Part shown: piece after piece, positions 22,645 through 35,149 of the stretch
Position numbering within the stretch: the stretch's first letter is position 1
Layout: the number at the start of each line of letters is the position of its first letter
Assembly (NCBI GenBank): GCA_040437565.1
Contig: JBDOQK010000003.1
Coordinates: 620,001-684,000, forward strand
Source: Albugo candida
Taxonomy: Eukaryota
DNA length: 64,000 nucleotides
Direction of reading: 5' to 3'
Translations under genes and position numbers: made by a program
Notes under the pieces: generated by a model
Told to the model about the DNA's origin: nothing
Seen by the model: the letters and a program-made list of their open reading frames with translations, nothing else
The model's database searches: none

Positions 22645-25098
22645 GACGGCGAGCTCGTGCAAACGGTAACAAGCGTGTGATCATGTCTTAGATTTAATAT
22701 ATATGCGTGTTTATAGTGCACAGAAGCAATGTCATTTGGTGAATTAGCGCTAATGTACAATGCTCCACGAGCTGCAACAGTACAAGCGCGAGAAAAATCA
22801 AAAGCCTGGGCGCTGGATAGACATACTTTCAAGTACATTATAATGGAAACGACTTTGAGAACAAGACAAGCACATCGTGGCTTTATTGAACGGGTTCCGA
22901 TACTCGAGTCACTCAGTGACACCGAGCGGACGACCATTGTGGATGCTCTTCGCGTGGAGCATTTTCAAGATGGACAAGTTATAATACAGCAAGGCGATGA
23001 TGGGAATCACTTTTACATCATAGAAGAAGGTGAAGCTATGTGCAGCAAACGCGTATCCTCCGACGCACTTTCACAAGACATGGGAACACTCCAATCTGGT
23101 TCTTACTTTGGCGAAATTGCTCTTCTCACAGCACGACCTCGTCAGGCCACCGTCACGGCCAAAGGACCCGTAAAATGTCTCGTTCTCGATCGTAAAACTT
23201 TCAAGCGCGTGATGGGTCCTCTTGAAGATATTCTAAAGCGGAACATTGACAAGTACCATCTCTTTATGGCAAACAACATTTAGAACTAGGTCGTCCTAAT
23301 CTGACAATGTAGTACCCTATGTTAGTCTTTTAGACTCGTCTTTACGCTATTCTTCGCGACATTACAACGACGTGTCGATATAGAGACTATGTCAGGTATA
23401 CGTTTCAATTACGGCTCAGAACATTGTAGCTGCTATGCCAATTCCGACAACAAAACGTAACAAACTCGAGAATGCGACTAAAATGGTTGAGAATTTGCCG
23501 GGAACTCCACCGCTCGTACACCGTAAGACTGTACAAGAGACTGATACGATGGAGGCAAAAGTGGCCGCTCTTATCGCGATTCAGCGCGTATCGCGCAGAT
23601 ATCTCATGTCGAAGCCGCATAAGAGCGAATCGCATCCAGCAGGGAGACCCGTTTTATTGGGCGTCGTCAACGCGGAAAACGTATTTTTTTGGTGCGATTT
23701 TACGGTTCTTACGCACGTTTACTGCGATATTCGAGTTCTCCGTAAGCCTTTTGGACCGAATATGTTTGAGTATACCACAGAAAATTGTATCGATATACGA
23801 GCACCAAAATGGGAAAGAAAATGTTTCGTGCCCATGCTCTCGAGCAAATGCGATATAGTTGTAACGCTGATTGGTATCACTGCGGTGCGAAAGCGATTGT
23901 TTCTGGGTCAGTCGATTTTCAAGTTACATTCGGGCTGGGAATCACAGCCATCGTTGCAGGCTCCAATCGGGAAATGGGTATTTCCAACCAGAGAAAGTCT
24001 GATCGGATGTGATCGCCATGTTCGAGGATCTATCACTCTACAACTCCTGCCCGTGTTCACCAATTCGTTTGTGTTTGTATCGCCTTTTAGAATGGTAAGT
24101 GGAATACAAAGCCTGCATCTTAGTAACACTAACTCAGCTTGGTGGCGGAAATCAATAAAAGTATCATCGCCCTTTGTGAGTTTCTCCTCAGAAAGCTTAC
24201 CAATGGGTGTAGGTTGCTGGGGTGTTTTGACATTCACACACCTCAACATTTACGCACAAGGGTCTGCAGCAGCACTTGTGAGTTTTCAAGTCGATAAATT
24301 GCAGATGGTTTCCAGCTGCACGTCTTCTACAACATCACCGACATCGAGTGAAGAAAATGACATTTATCAGTCGACGCGTAGAAACTCGGCGGAAGCGTAC
24401 CCGCTGAGAATATACGCGCATGGAGAGCTACATGTTTTGTACATGTCAAGCTATGATCAGTTGTGTCAGTGGACTGAAAGAATAGCATTTATAGGACGGC
24501 AAGTATCGCAATGCAATTTGCCAGAGTGAGCATTTGCGAGTTGTGGCATATTCTCTGATAGAAAAGATCACTAAATTATAATTAAATTTTCTCCCCGTAT
24601 TCTCTGATCAATTTTTCTTTCGCTGCGTTGGCCAAGCCTATAGAGCAAATATAAGGGTATATATTATTTCATCACGTCAAGCCAAAACAAAGCACGCTAA
24701 CGGACGTCGATAAATGCCGATTTCACTAGTTTGTTCCCATTTCGCCAATTTGTTCCGATATGTTTGTATTACATATTTGTACGCAACTTGGCCTCCGATA
24801 ACAGCTTCAAATTTGTCTCGACTACGAATATCCATTAGCCTTAAGGAAGGCAATCCAGCTGATATCGCAATCACCGATGCAGCAGTAAGCTTGACACAGC
24901 CCCAGAGCCGTAATTCCTTTAAATTGGTGAGAGAAGCCACGATGCGGAAAATTGCATAATCAGTTATACGTGTGCATTGCGATAAATTCAGATTTTCCAA
25001 ATGTACTAATGATTCACAAAGCTTCTCAACCGCTCGATCAGTGATTTTGTAGCAATAACGTAGGTTTAAATCCCGTAAACATGGCAAATGATCGGCAA
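22645..25098. repeat. 2454-bp direct duplicate of 20091-22544 across a 100-N gap (probable uncollapsed overlap); contains second copies of the PKA-R 3' exon and the IQ-C2-PH gene
   Basis: Constant offset of 2554; identical translations; one visible intronic difference (20157 A vs 22711 T). Confidence 0.9.
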
Positions 25099-25879
25099 TC
25101 ATCGCGACAACTCTATCATCGACTTTGTGGCAATATCGCAAATTCAGTCTTCGAAGTTTTTTGCATCGCTCTACTACGGGAATTATAGACAAACTGCCAG
25201 CAGCATGACAGCCCCAAAGACTCAGATCAGTCAATTTGACGCACAGAGTGAGCTTCCGTATATCTATATCATTCAATGTGTGGCATCCCCAAAAATGAAC
25301 CACCCGCAACGATTTGAAATTCCTCTCAAGAAGCAGAGATAAAGCTGTGCTGTCTATCGTCATATCTCGAAAACAAATTTCTCGGAGATTTTGACACGTA
25401 TCCGCTAATGCCAGCAGCTACTCACACAAAATATAAGCAACCTCAGATGCATGAGAAAATGAATCACAAACCTCTTTTGCTCCGACGCTTTTGCACCGTA
25501 TAAGTTCCAAAACCCGCAACTTTTGTAGTGCGTGCTGTGAGTGTTCGGCTCCCAACAACTCGGCATCGAAGGATTCACATACAGCTACCCGGAGCGTGTG
25601 TAATTGCTTTCGACTGTATCGAAATAAACTATTCCAAAATGAGAGATCCTGCTCATTTTGCCTACATAAGTGAGGGAATCCATCTCGGCAATGAGTGCAA
25701 ATTTGACAGTACGAAGTAAAGTCGCGGGCGATCGGCTCAACTCTCAGTAAGGTTTTGTTACACACTAAAAGGCGGAAGCGTTCTCTAACGGTCAAATAGT
25801 CCATGATATGACCCAGATCATCGCTCGTGAGAGAGAGCAACCTCTTATCGTATACATTAGGTATCGTTCTAGCCGTCAT
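24677..25879 (-). CDS. F-box/leucine-rich-repeat (FBXL-like) protein
   Basis: F-box-like LLSLTSDDLGHIMDYLTVRERFRLLVCNK; cysteine-containing LRRs such as LRRLNLRYCHKVDD and LENLNLSQCTRITD; intron near 25418-25471. Confidence 0.88.
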
Positions 25880-26235
25880 TGAGTGAAATTTATGTTAGTA
25901 TGCCAAATCACTTGGTCCACCACACCGCGAGTTGTGTCTCTAATTTACGAAGAGCTAGCCACTGATGCTGAGGACAGTCTTTAAGCATAGTATGAGGAGT
26001 TTCCTCAATAAAATCCCCTCACAGTTGACGTGAAATGTTTCCAACCGTACTATGCGGTCAGACCTCAGAATTCATTATAAGCCAATCGCCGATGGTCTCC
26101 ACATCGAGTCGCTTTGGGAACATCAGTGCGAAGAATGAAACTTCTACATTTATTACACTTGACTGTTAATCGTACGTTTACATACAGCTGTGATTCCTAA
26201 GAACGAGTCCATGGTCTACGCTGATTATCAGTCTA

Positions 26236-27891
26236 TCATTTCATTAATTCGAGCACCACGCTCAGCTCTTCTCCGGTGAATTCCGGAGCCGCAGGCTGCA
26301 TCGGTGGCACTGGATAAGTATTGTACGGCTGTTGTTGTTGATACCGTTGATGCTGGTCTTGTTTGACAGTATTTTCTTCATTCGGTGAGCGTGGAGGCGG
26401 ACGAAGCAAAGGAGCATGCTGGATACTTCCCAGCATCGGTGCACGTTGATTGTGGATCACGGAAGAAAATGGGGCATTGTTGTAAGTGAGATCGTGCCGA
26501 AGACGACCTATTTGATGTAGAGACGCTGAGGACGGTACATTATCGTAATTGGTACCAGAATTGTAAGCTATCGAACCTTCATACCCGCCCGAACGAGACG
26601 CATAAAAAGTCGTTTGCTCGGCGGGTCCAGTGGACTGGACTTGATGTGATTCCAAAGCATAAGATTCTTGCGATGTCAATGGGATTTCAGACGCTGAAAG
26701 AGAGTTCGAGAGCGACGGAGATCGCACACTATGATATTTACTCCTTTGTTTACTTTCATATCCGTATTCCTCACCTTGGCCCTTACGATATGATTCACGA
26801 TGATATGAGGACATCATTCCGCTTTCTTTGGTCAAGAGTTCTTGGTCTCGCTTGTAATGCCCTTCTGCGTTATTTCTTGTGGCTACCGAAAAGTTCTCTT
26901 GTGTTGATTGGGGATTCAATCGATAATACATATCACGAGGACGTTGTGACTCACGATCTAAATAGTCCGTTGCTCGACACACATTACTTGATGACGAAGA
27001 AGCGTACGAGCGAGATAAACATGGCTGAGGATATACATTTTGCTCAACTGGCGAAGTCATATTGGAGTTGTATGGATATACGCCCGCATAGTTTCGTTGA
27101 TCGGACACGGGTATGTCACCAATTCTATACTTGGCAGCAATGTTGTGCTGTATTTTCTGATGCTGCACGAATTCCTTATAGTTATCACTGCTCCATGAAC
27201 AATTCATTCCGATGCATCGAAAAAGATGCTCACCTTCGGGAAAATGAGACCGCATATGACGTTTTAATTTCGTGCTGGTATTGAATCGTTTCTCGCATGC
27301 TGGAACGATGCAAGGATATGGACGCTCACCACTGTGAATTCTTTTGTGCCTACTTAGATTTCCAGAAGTATTGAAACATTGGGTGCACCCTTGGTAATCA
27401 CATCGATACGGCTTGATGCCCGTATGTATTCGCATATGACGACGCAACGCAAACGATCGAGGAAATTGTTTTCCGCAATGTATTTCCGGACACATGAACA
27501 CTTCTTTTTGGCTCGAAATACTTTTACGAGAAGATTCAAACAATGGATTCTTCTTAACGTGCGATTTAGAATTGCTCTCACATCGACCCGGGCGTATGGA
27601 TTCGAGTATTTTTTGCTCATTTGTTCTACTCGTATTATTGTAAGAAATGGTGGCACTGTTTAGCGTCGAGAGAGAATCATCGTTGAAACTAGGTATGACT
27701 GGGTCCGCACGTGAAGGTGACGACTCTGAATCAAGCTGCATCGAAGAGGCTGACTCCATCATTCTAGCCAGCGGATCAGATGGATACCACGACGAGGAAG
27801 AGTTGCATGATGAGGTTTTGATTTGAAATTGTGAATGGACGTTCATGTCGTGATGGGCTTCTACCATCCCTTTGTTACTCCCCATCTCCAC
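26236..27891 (-). CDS. C2H2 zinc-finger transcription factor (4 fingers)
   Basis: CPEIHCGKQF..LRRHMRIHTGIKPYRC..HKRIHSGERPYPC..HMRSH..C..HQKIQH; S/Q-rich tail. Confidence 0.93.
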   Translation of the reverse strand: MEMGSNKGMVEAHHDMNVHSQFQIKTSSCNSSSSWYPSDPLARMMESASSMQLDSESSPSRADPVIPSFNDDSLSTLNSATISYNNTSRTNEQKILESIRPGRCESNSKSHVKKNPLFESSRKSISSQKEVFMCPEIHCGKQFPRSFALRRHMRIHTGIKPYRCDYQGCTQCFNTSGNLSRHKRIHSGERPYPCIVPACEKRFNTSTKLKRHMRSHFPEGEHLFRCIGMNCSWSSDNYKEFVQHQKIQHNIAAKYRIGDIPVSDQRNYAGVYPYNSNMTSPVEQNVYPQPCLSRSYASSSSSNVCRATDYLDRESQRPRDMYYRLNPQSTQENFSVATRNNAEGHYKRDQELLTKESGMMSSYHRESYRKGQGEEYGYESKQRSKYHSVRSPSLSNSLSASEIPLTSQESYALESHQVQSTGPAEQTTFYASRSGGYEGSIAYNSGTNYDNVPSSASLHQIGRLRHDLTYNNAPFSSVIHNQRAPMLGSIQHAPLLRPPPRSPNEENTVKQDQHQRYQQQQPYNTYPVPPMQPAAPEFTGEELSVVLELMK

Positions 27892-28623
27892 GTTGCTAAA
27901 AAGTGTAGTGAAACCTTATGCGTGATTCAAACACATCCAATGGATGAAAGTTGTTAAATGACGTATCGCAATAAGCGCGTCACAAGAAAAAAGTCCCACA
28001 TTAGGACTTTGGCGGTAGGTATCAGAAAAACCAGCGAATCGACTTGATTAGCAAACTTGGTAGTTCATCTTCTTTTTTCAAGCCGCGGCCAATAAACGTC
28101 GAATGCAGGTGCCATATCGCAGCTGATAATACGCCTTTTTTGTAGTTGATTAGGTTTCAAACCACTTGCTCTTTTGAAAAGTAGCTTTGCACAACATGCG
28201 ACACTCCCAGGCATGCCTTTTCTCCCCAGTATGAAGCTTTTAAAGAGTAAAATGACTTGCTCATAAGTGAGACGACCTACGATCACCAGACAAAGTTTGG
28301 GACTCAGTCGAATGGATTATACAGAGATACTGTCCTTCAAAATGGTGTGTTATGAAAGGAAATTTTATAGAAGTATTTGATGAGTATACGTGCTCGATTA
28401 TAACTGAAAACGCGTCAGAAGGGTCAATATGGAACTGGCGACAGAAGATTCTGTTCATTCGAATAGTACACGTCATCCATCATTGTTTCGAAATCATGAA
28501 ACCTACTCACAGCCAATCTGTCTGATAATATCTCTACAAAAGTATGCGGGCCGTTCTCGTAGGTCAATTAAACATACTGAGGTTCAAGCGTGTTATTTCA
28601 TTCGTGTGGTTTGTATATCAATT

Positions 28624-29451
28624 CTAGGAATAAATTTTTCGTGCAAGCGTTTCTGCTCTAGCTGCTCGTTTTGACTTTGGACGTCCCATATCGACAGTAT
28701 ACTTGATTTTTAGCGCTGGCGAGGGTGTGTAAAGAATATTCTTCTTAGAATAGGGAAATCGTCGTTCTTTCGCACCAATATCGGGTGTTGAAAACGATCG
28801 TGGCATTGTTCTGGTCCTAGCTTTCAACGGGGTAGCGTATGTGATCGTTGGCGAGGCGACGTACAACTGCTTTATGCGCTCGCACAGGTTCTTCAAGGTT
28901 GTATCGTTGACCTCAAAGTAGATTCCAGCCACACCTGTATCCTTGGCTATGCGCACGTTGGCAGGATCGTCGTCGATCAAAACAGTGTGGCGAGTTTGTA
29001 TAGACTGACAGCATATCATCGACGCTTCTGTCGCAGCAGATGCAATATATCGCAACTTGCATCTTCGATCGAAATATATAGCTTTATCTGAATGAAATGG
29101 GTCGAATGCTTGAGCTCCCAAGCTTGTTAATAAACATGAGGGATCGTCTCCACGCACAATGATTGATTGTGCTAAGGCATCACCAAAACAAAGCTCTAAT
29201 ACTTCCTTAATAAGTGCTACTTGAGGGCTGAATGTGACCACCGCAACGTGTATTTGAGCGTCACGAATGCACGGAATCAAATGAACAAATAATTTTCGGA
29301 TGTACTTTTGCAATTCTGACGCAGGTTTTTCCCATTCGCCTCCTGTGTGAATGGTTAAAAAAGTCGAATCAAAGTCGATACAAACAAGTCGTGCGCCAGT
29401 TTGTCGTAGGACACTCACGATCTCTTTCGCGACTGTACCGAGGTCAGACAT
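28624..29451 (-). CDS. HAD-superfamily hydrolase/phosphatase
   Basis: Motif I LVCIDFDST, motif II VAVVT, motif IV VLIDDDPAN. Confidence 0.75.
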   Translation of the reverse strand: MSDLGTVAKEIVSVLRQTGARLVCIDFDSTFLTIHTGGEWEKPASELQKYIRKLFVHLIPCIRDAQIHVAVVTFSPQVALIKEVLELCFGDALAQSIIVRGDDPSCLLTSLGAQAFDPFHSDKAIYFDRRCKLRYIASAATEASMICCQSIQTRHTVLIDDDPANVRIAKDTGVAGIYFEVNDTTLKNLCERIKQLYVASPTITYATPLKARTRTMPRSFSTPDIGAKERRFPYSKKNILYTPSPALKIKYTVDMGRPKSKRAARAETLARKIYS

Positions 29452-29969
29452 TACTCTATTTTTGCATGCGCTGGCACGAAAATCGGTCCGACGAGCACTC
29501 GAGAGGCGCAGATGCTTCGAACCTAGCGACTCTCGCTGACGTGGTCAACGGGGTAACTGGCGTACTTAATGTCTTCCATGCGCATTTATACGAAAAAGTG
29601 CATGCTTGTAGAACGGACGCAGTAAACGTTTATATTGAAAGTGAAGAATATGTGAAACACCGTCCCCCTTGCTACATCGCTATTTCTATTTATTCACCCT
29701 CTTCTTTTGCTACCTAAAAAATCAATATTTGTTTGGCCGCACATACTTTTTGCAACACAATTCTAAGTGTGAAAAACCCTGGCAGGACCATCGAAACATA
29801 TTGCTTAATATAGGACGTGAGTATCGTAAAAGTTGCATCAAAATCTCAAGCAAACTTCACTTCAATGACCCCAAAAGGGTCGACGTCCGATGAATGAAAC
29901 TTGGCCACAGAAATTGTCTGTCAGTCAATCTTCCAATCACAGCGCCAAGAAGACATTTTAAACCAATCA

Positions 29970-32542
29970 TTATGACTTTATTATATCATGGCTTTTTTCG
30001 CCTTTCTCTATCATTTCTTGCCACGATCGTATGTTTCCTTTCAGCGCAGATAGAACTTCATTGAAGTTGTCTATTTCAAACGCTTCATTTGCGGTTTCGA
30101 AAAGCGGCATCGCCAAAAGTGATAGAAAAGTAGCTTGACTCTTCGGTAAATTGCCTTGTTTGCGATCACAAAGCGGTGAAATCGGAAGCTCATTTCGTTC
30201 TTCGGCTTCTCCTTGACGAAAAAACTCTTCTGTGATGCGATTTGCCCAATTCACGTGATACGCGAATGGCTTTGCGGTGTGTCCCAAGTCAGATAGCATC
30301 AAAAGGGTTTCCATAATCAGACCCACTTCCAACCCGCGACTCTCTTCGGTCACAGCGAACCCCTTGCTCTTCAATTTCGTAATGTGCGAAAAAAGCCGTG
30401 AGAGATCGGTTGCAAGGATCATTTGTATCACCAATTTACGCATTTCTGACTTTGCAGATGTATCCATGTGCGAGAATAAATCGTATTTTTCATGCGATAA
30501 GATGCGATACAGCTCAGCAAGGTGCATGCGCTCAAGGATCGAGTCGTCGCTATAAGTGATGGCGAGCTTGGATCGGGTAGAAATGAGAAATCCATTCGAA
30601 ACGCCTGGATGACTGATATCATGAGCTGCTGCAACTATCAGGCCAACTAAGATGACAGTGTGATCAAGATTGAAATGAATTCGTCGAAGGTAAAAGTTCA
30701 TATCAGCCACAACTGCACTGGCATGTCTACAAGTTGTAAAAAATGAGTCCTCGACCTCATCGTCATACAAATCTCGGCTTACAGTGAATTATGATACGGA
30801 TTGCGCTTGAAGTAATGATTTTCAACACTTGCAGCAAAAGCGTGTACCTTTCCAAGATCGAGAGAGAGTTCCGAGATCAGATTGTTAACTTCGAAACAAG
30901 TGATCAAAACAGCCTGTAAAGGTGATTCACAACGCTCAGCCAACTGAAATATATCGACGTAAAATTCGCTTTTGATGGTCGTATAGAGACTACGTGCCAA
31001 TGTCTCACGCTCTTCTTTGGGCTCCTTACTAAAAAAATCATTGATTATTTCACCAGTGTTTTCGTACCCCATACCGTTATCGGAAACATGACTCATACGC
31101 CGCGAATACTCAGTGCGACAAAGACGATGATTCCCGGTACTACCTCGTTTGGTTTGGATGAATTGTCGCTCTGGCTGTCCATCGTTGCCTTTGCCAGCTC
31201 CGACAGTGTAAACGTTTGGGAATTTGTCTTTGTGCGTCATCATATGTAGCCATCCCTGTACCTCCTCTTCATGTTCAGCAAGCGATGCATCCAGAGTGAC
31301 CTCGAATAAGTCTTCATTTGTCACAAGCGCGGTGATGATTTTATCAATTTCGCGCCTATCATTCGCAGGAATTTTGACTTTTAATTGGCATAAAATGCGA
31401 AGAATATCTCCCATCTCATAATGCAATTGGTACTGGAGCTTTCCGGATAGCTCTTCTTTCATCGTGATATTTTGATCACTCAAACGTCGATTCTCATTCA
31501 CAAGATTCATGGAGCTCAAGTACTCGCGACGACAATACACATCAAGTTCCCAGGCTCCACGAAGTAAGAGAGCCACTGTGGCAGCATAAATTGCGAACAT
31601 GAACCAGCGCTCGACAAAGTAGCGATAGTACCAAATAGAGATCCCCAAAATCAGTAAAGTGGTTTCCACTGTCAGAAAAAGAAAGTAGATATACTGAAGA
31701 CGGAACAGCCCAGCTGCGATACTGAGCACGAATAAGAGAAAAAAGTACAAAATGTCGAGATACACGAGCCCAAGCACGATGAAATTCTGATGATATACCT
31801 CCAGATAGTATTGTATCGTAGCAATAACCGATGGCGGCGCGGATATCATTCCTGCTGCCATGATTGTCCGATTCAATCCTTCAAAAATCTGATCAACTCC
31901 ATCTACCAGCGTTGTGATGATACTGATAATTTGGCTGATCAATGGGTACATTGCAAACTGGAAATAAAGTAGAAAAATCAATTGAAATTGATTCAAGTGT
32001 ATACCGGATACCCGGAACACCCTCACCACTTGCGTTTTTCGACGCCACGTAAAAATGGAAATAGCAAACGCTACTGCGTATGCAATCCAGGAGAAGCCAA
32101 TAAAGTTTTGCAGAAATTTGACGTTGTGTTTGGCAGTATCGCTTTCTTTGACAAGGAAAGTCGCCATCTCTAGTGGGACTCTGCCAATGTTGACAAGCAT
32201 ATGAATACAAAAATCATCAATTGTTTCACCAACACCTTTCATGAGCGTTGCAGCAGTAAATAGAATGGCTACAGCCAATAGCGCCAGCATGTAAAAATGA
32301 TCGAGGCCTTTTCTTTGGCGACGCTGGAATGCCTGATAATCGCGTTCGAATGCAACATTGTAAAAGTAGCAGAACCATGGGTGCATATTACTGTTTATAA
32401 AGCGTGCCGTTAGCATCGGAGACCGTTTCGTACTAATCGAAGGCGCACGCATTTGTTGCATCACTTCTGCAGGCAGTAAAGAGTGTGTCGGATATGAAAC
32501 CTGGGTATCCACACCGGACGGCTGAACGGCGGTCGATCTCAT
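29970..32542 (-). CDS. Multi-transmembrane class I 3',5'-cyclic nucleotide phosphodiesterase
   Basis: About 6 hydrophobic helices, then YHNSL|HA (intron 30727-30782), AHDISHPGVSN, LERMH, LATDL, SDLGH, EEFFRQG, SQATF. Confidence 0.92.
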
Positions 32543-33028
32543 TTTGTAATCGTAGATCACTTACAACAAAGGTGGACAGGGCGGCTCGCTACTTAAGATG
32601 GGTTAGAGTGTTCCACATCGAAAGTGCCGTTTTTTTAATCATGTGCCTACAGCCACATCTGCGTATTTTTGGCCCAAAAAACCCTGAAACGCCGTGTTGA
32701 CCAGCTGTTTGCATCTTGCCAATTACTCAAGTACGTCCAGTGATCTCAAGCTTCTCGGCGCAAGTGCGATCTTGTATTCGAGTCGATCTGTTCGGGTGTT
32801 TGTTTGGCGGATCATACAAGGATAGTACAAAATGCTTTGTACTTGAGTGAGATCGGTATTTTTTGTTCATACGATTGTGCATACCATAAAGGTTCAGCTG
32901 CATTGATACTCATCGTCGTGATGTTTCCTTTGATGTATTACTTTCCATACGATGCGTTCGGCCTCTGCATTTAATCCGACTTCTAATAAAGGGGAGCTAC
33001 GGTACCGCTTACCAGCGATCTCTCAGAG

Positions 33029-33783
33029 ATGACAGATGAGTGTTATTATCGCGTACTTGGTGTCCAGAAGACCGCAACTGACGACGAAATCAAACGTGCT
33101 TACCGTAAGCTTGCTGTGAAGTATCATCCAGGTCGGTGATTGCACGCATACAGCTCGCTTTTCGCCGAGATTGTAGTTGACATGTTCATTCTAGATAAAA
33201 ATCTAGACAATAAAGTGAAGGCAGAAGAGCAATTCAAGAAAATAGGAGAGGTCAAGCAACCTGAAACTGGGTTCAAATCGCATTGACTCATATCTTCTGC
33301 GGATAGGCGTATTCAATTCTATCAGATGAGACGAAAAGAAAACAATACGATCGATTTGGACAGGCAGGTCTCGCAGGAAACTCAAGTTCTGGAGGTGGTA
33401 GAAGTGGCATGCATCCCTTTCAAGCACAAGATGCTGAAGACGTCTTTCGAGCATTCTTTGGTGGGCAAGATCCATTTAGCATGTTCTTTCAAGGCGGTCA
33501 GCACGGACATGGTTCCATGGGAGGAACTCGAGTTCACATGTCACATTCTGGACCAGGATTTTCTTTTACAACATTTGGTGGAGCTCCGCCGCATATGAGG
33601 ACAAGGTTTCGACCGCCTCAACGACAGCATACCAGGGCAGATAGTGATCAGCCGACAGAGCCTGCGTTCCGGATAGGGGGTGGAAATCTACTATTAATTC
33701 TCTTCCTCTTATGGATAATGGGTGTACCATTGACGTACTTGTGGGTTGCTCTAATGCTAGTCAACTTTCTCGGAATCATATAA
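33029..33783 (+). CDS. DnaJ/Hsp40 J-domain protein with G/F-rich region and C-terminal transmembrane segments
   Basis: [64 protein letters not shown]; 2 introns; hydrophobic C-terminus. Confidence 0.93.
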
Positions 33784-34029
33784 TTATCTTTGCTAAGTCA
33801 TCAACATCGAAATGCTTATGAACGAACCATTTGTGGTATTAAGAGTTATGTACTCAGATCAAAGGTTCATGCAAATTTTTAGTGATTCTAAGCTATTAAA
33901 TTTGGCTACCAGTAGTATAAATGCCAAGCTATGCGTGATAATTGATCTGAGATTTAATACTTTTGCAGCAACATGAACCAAATTGCTTCGAGTTCATTAT
34001 TGAGCCATGTACGAGCTGAACGGCTTATC

Positions 34030-34398
34030 AAAAACACGCATATATGAATTCTGATCATGCGGATTCTCAAAATTTATTTTCTCACTACCAGGAAAGGTTT
34101 TCCTATCGAGTGAATAAATTCCTGTTACCTAACACGTGCAGTTCAAGCTCATATATACTGATATATAAGAATACTTTCGACGGCTAAAGTATGTATAAGA
34201 CCGTTTTCGATATGGTGCAAATGCAACTGTTTATATTTGTTTTGGTACTTGATTAAGTGCTGAGTTGAGTGGCGTCAACTTGTGACAGGAAGCTTCTGCC
34301 TGAGCGATGGTACTATCTCTTCGGGCCAATGCTTGAAACTTCTATAACCAAGGTGTAGATGGCATGTCCATTCCAAACCAGGGGTAGACATTGGAAGT
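34030..34398. repeat. Gap-flanking duplicate of 34499-34867, including a truncated copy of the SRP RNA 5' half
   Basis: Identical sequence at offset 469 on both sides of gap 34399-34498. Confidence 0.85.
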
Positions 34399-34727
34399 NN
34401 NNNNNNNNNNNNNNNNNNNNNNNNNNNNNNNNNNNNNNNNNNNNNNNNNNNNNNNNNNNNNNNNNNNNNNNNNNNNNNNNNNNNNNNNNNNNNNNNNNAA
34501 AAACACGCATATATGAATTCTGATCATGCGGATTCTCAAAATTTATTTTCTCACTACCAGGAAAGGTTTTCCTATCGAGTGAATAAATTCCTGTTACCTA
34601 ACACGTGCAGTTCAAGCTCATATATACTGATATATAAGAATACTTTCGACGGCTAAAGTATGTATAAGACCGTTTTCGATATGGTGCAAATGCAACTGTT
34701 TATATTTGTTTTGGTACTTGATTAAGT

Positions 34728-35024
34728 GCTGAGTTGAGTGGCGTCAACTTGTGACAGGAAGCTTCTGCCTGAGCGATGGTACTATCTCTTCGGGCCAATG
34801 CTTGAAACTTCTATAACCAAGGTGTAGATGGCATGTCCATTCCAAACCAGGGGTAGACATTGGAAGTCCCACGTAAGTGGTACTGTCAAGGTCTCTAAGG
34901 AAGGGCGTAACGCCTCAGGCTGGCTAACAGAGCAGGGAAAAGCCCTCGCTCTTGGTAGTGGAAGGATCGCGTGCCTGAATCTTGAGGTGGTTACAAGCAT
35001 TGACTGAAGTGAGAGTGCCTTTTT
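34728..35024 (+). ncRNA. SRP RNA: Signal recognition particle RNA (7SL)
   Basis: ~295 nt. Alu-like 5' hairpin GAGTTGA..TCAACTT followed by TGTGAC (UGUNR). Long-range pairing CAATGCTTG/CAAGCATTG and 5' GGTACT..CTCTTC with 3' GAAG..GAGAGTGCC. Helix-8 SRP54-site CTCAGGCTG-GCTAA-CAGAGCAGG. AGTGGAAGGATC resembles plant 7SL. TATA-like TTTATATTT ~25 nt upstream; T5 Pol III terminator. Confidence 0.85.
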
Positions 35025-35149
35025 CATTGAAGATCCTTGCTAATGTAAATCTTGTAGTTTGCTGTATGATGAACGATGAAATTTGTGCGATATTTTTTAT
35101 TGAAAGAAGTGCACATAAGTGTCATTGAATGAGTATTCTCCTCTCACTA

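Noticed and set aside
22645..24529. True tandem duplication of PKA-R and its neighbour
   Set aside because: Near-identical copy starting exactly at an N gap and truncating genes at both ends; best explained as an assembly overlap
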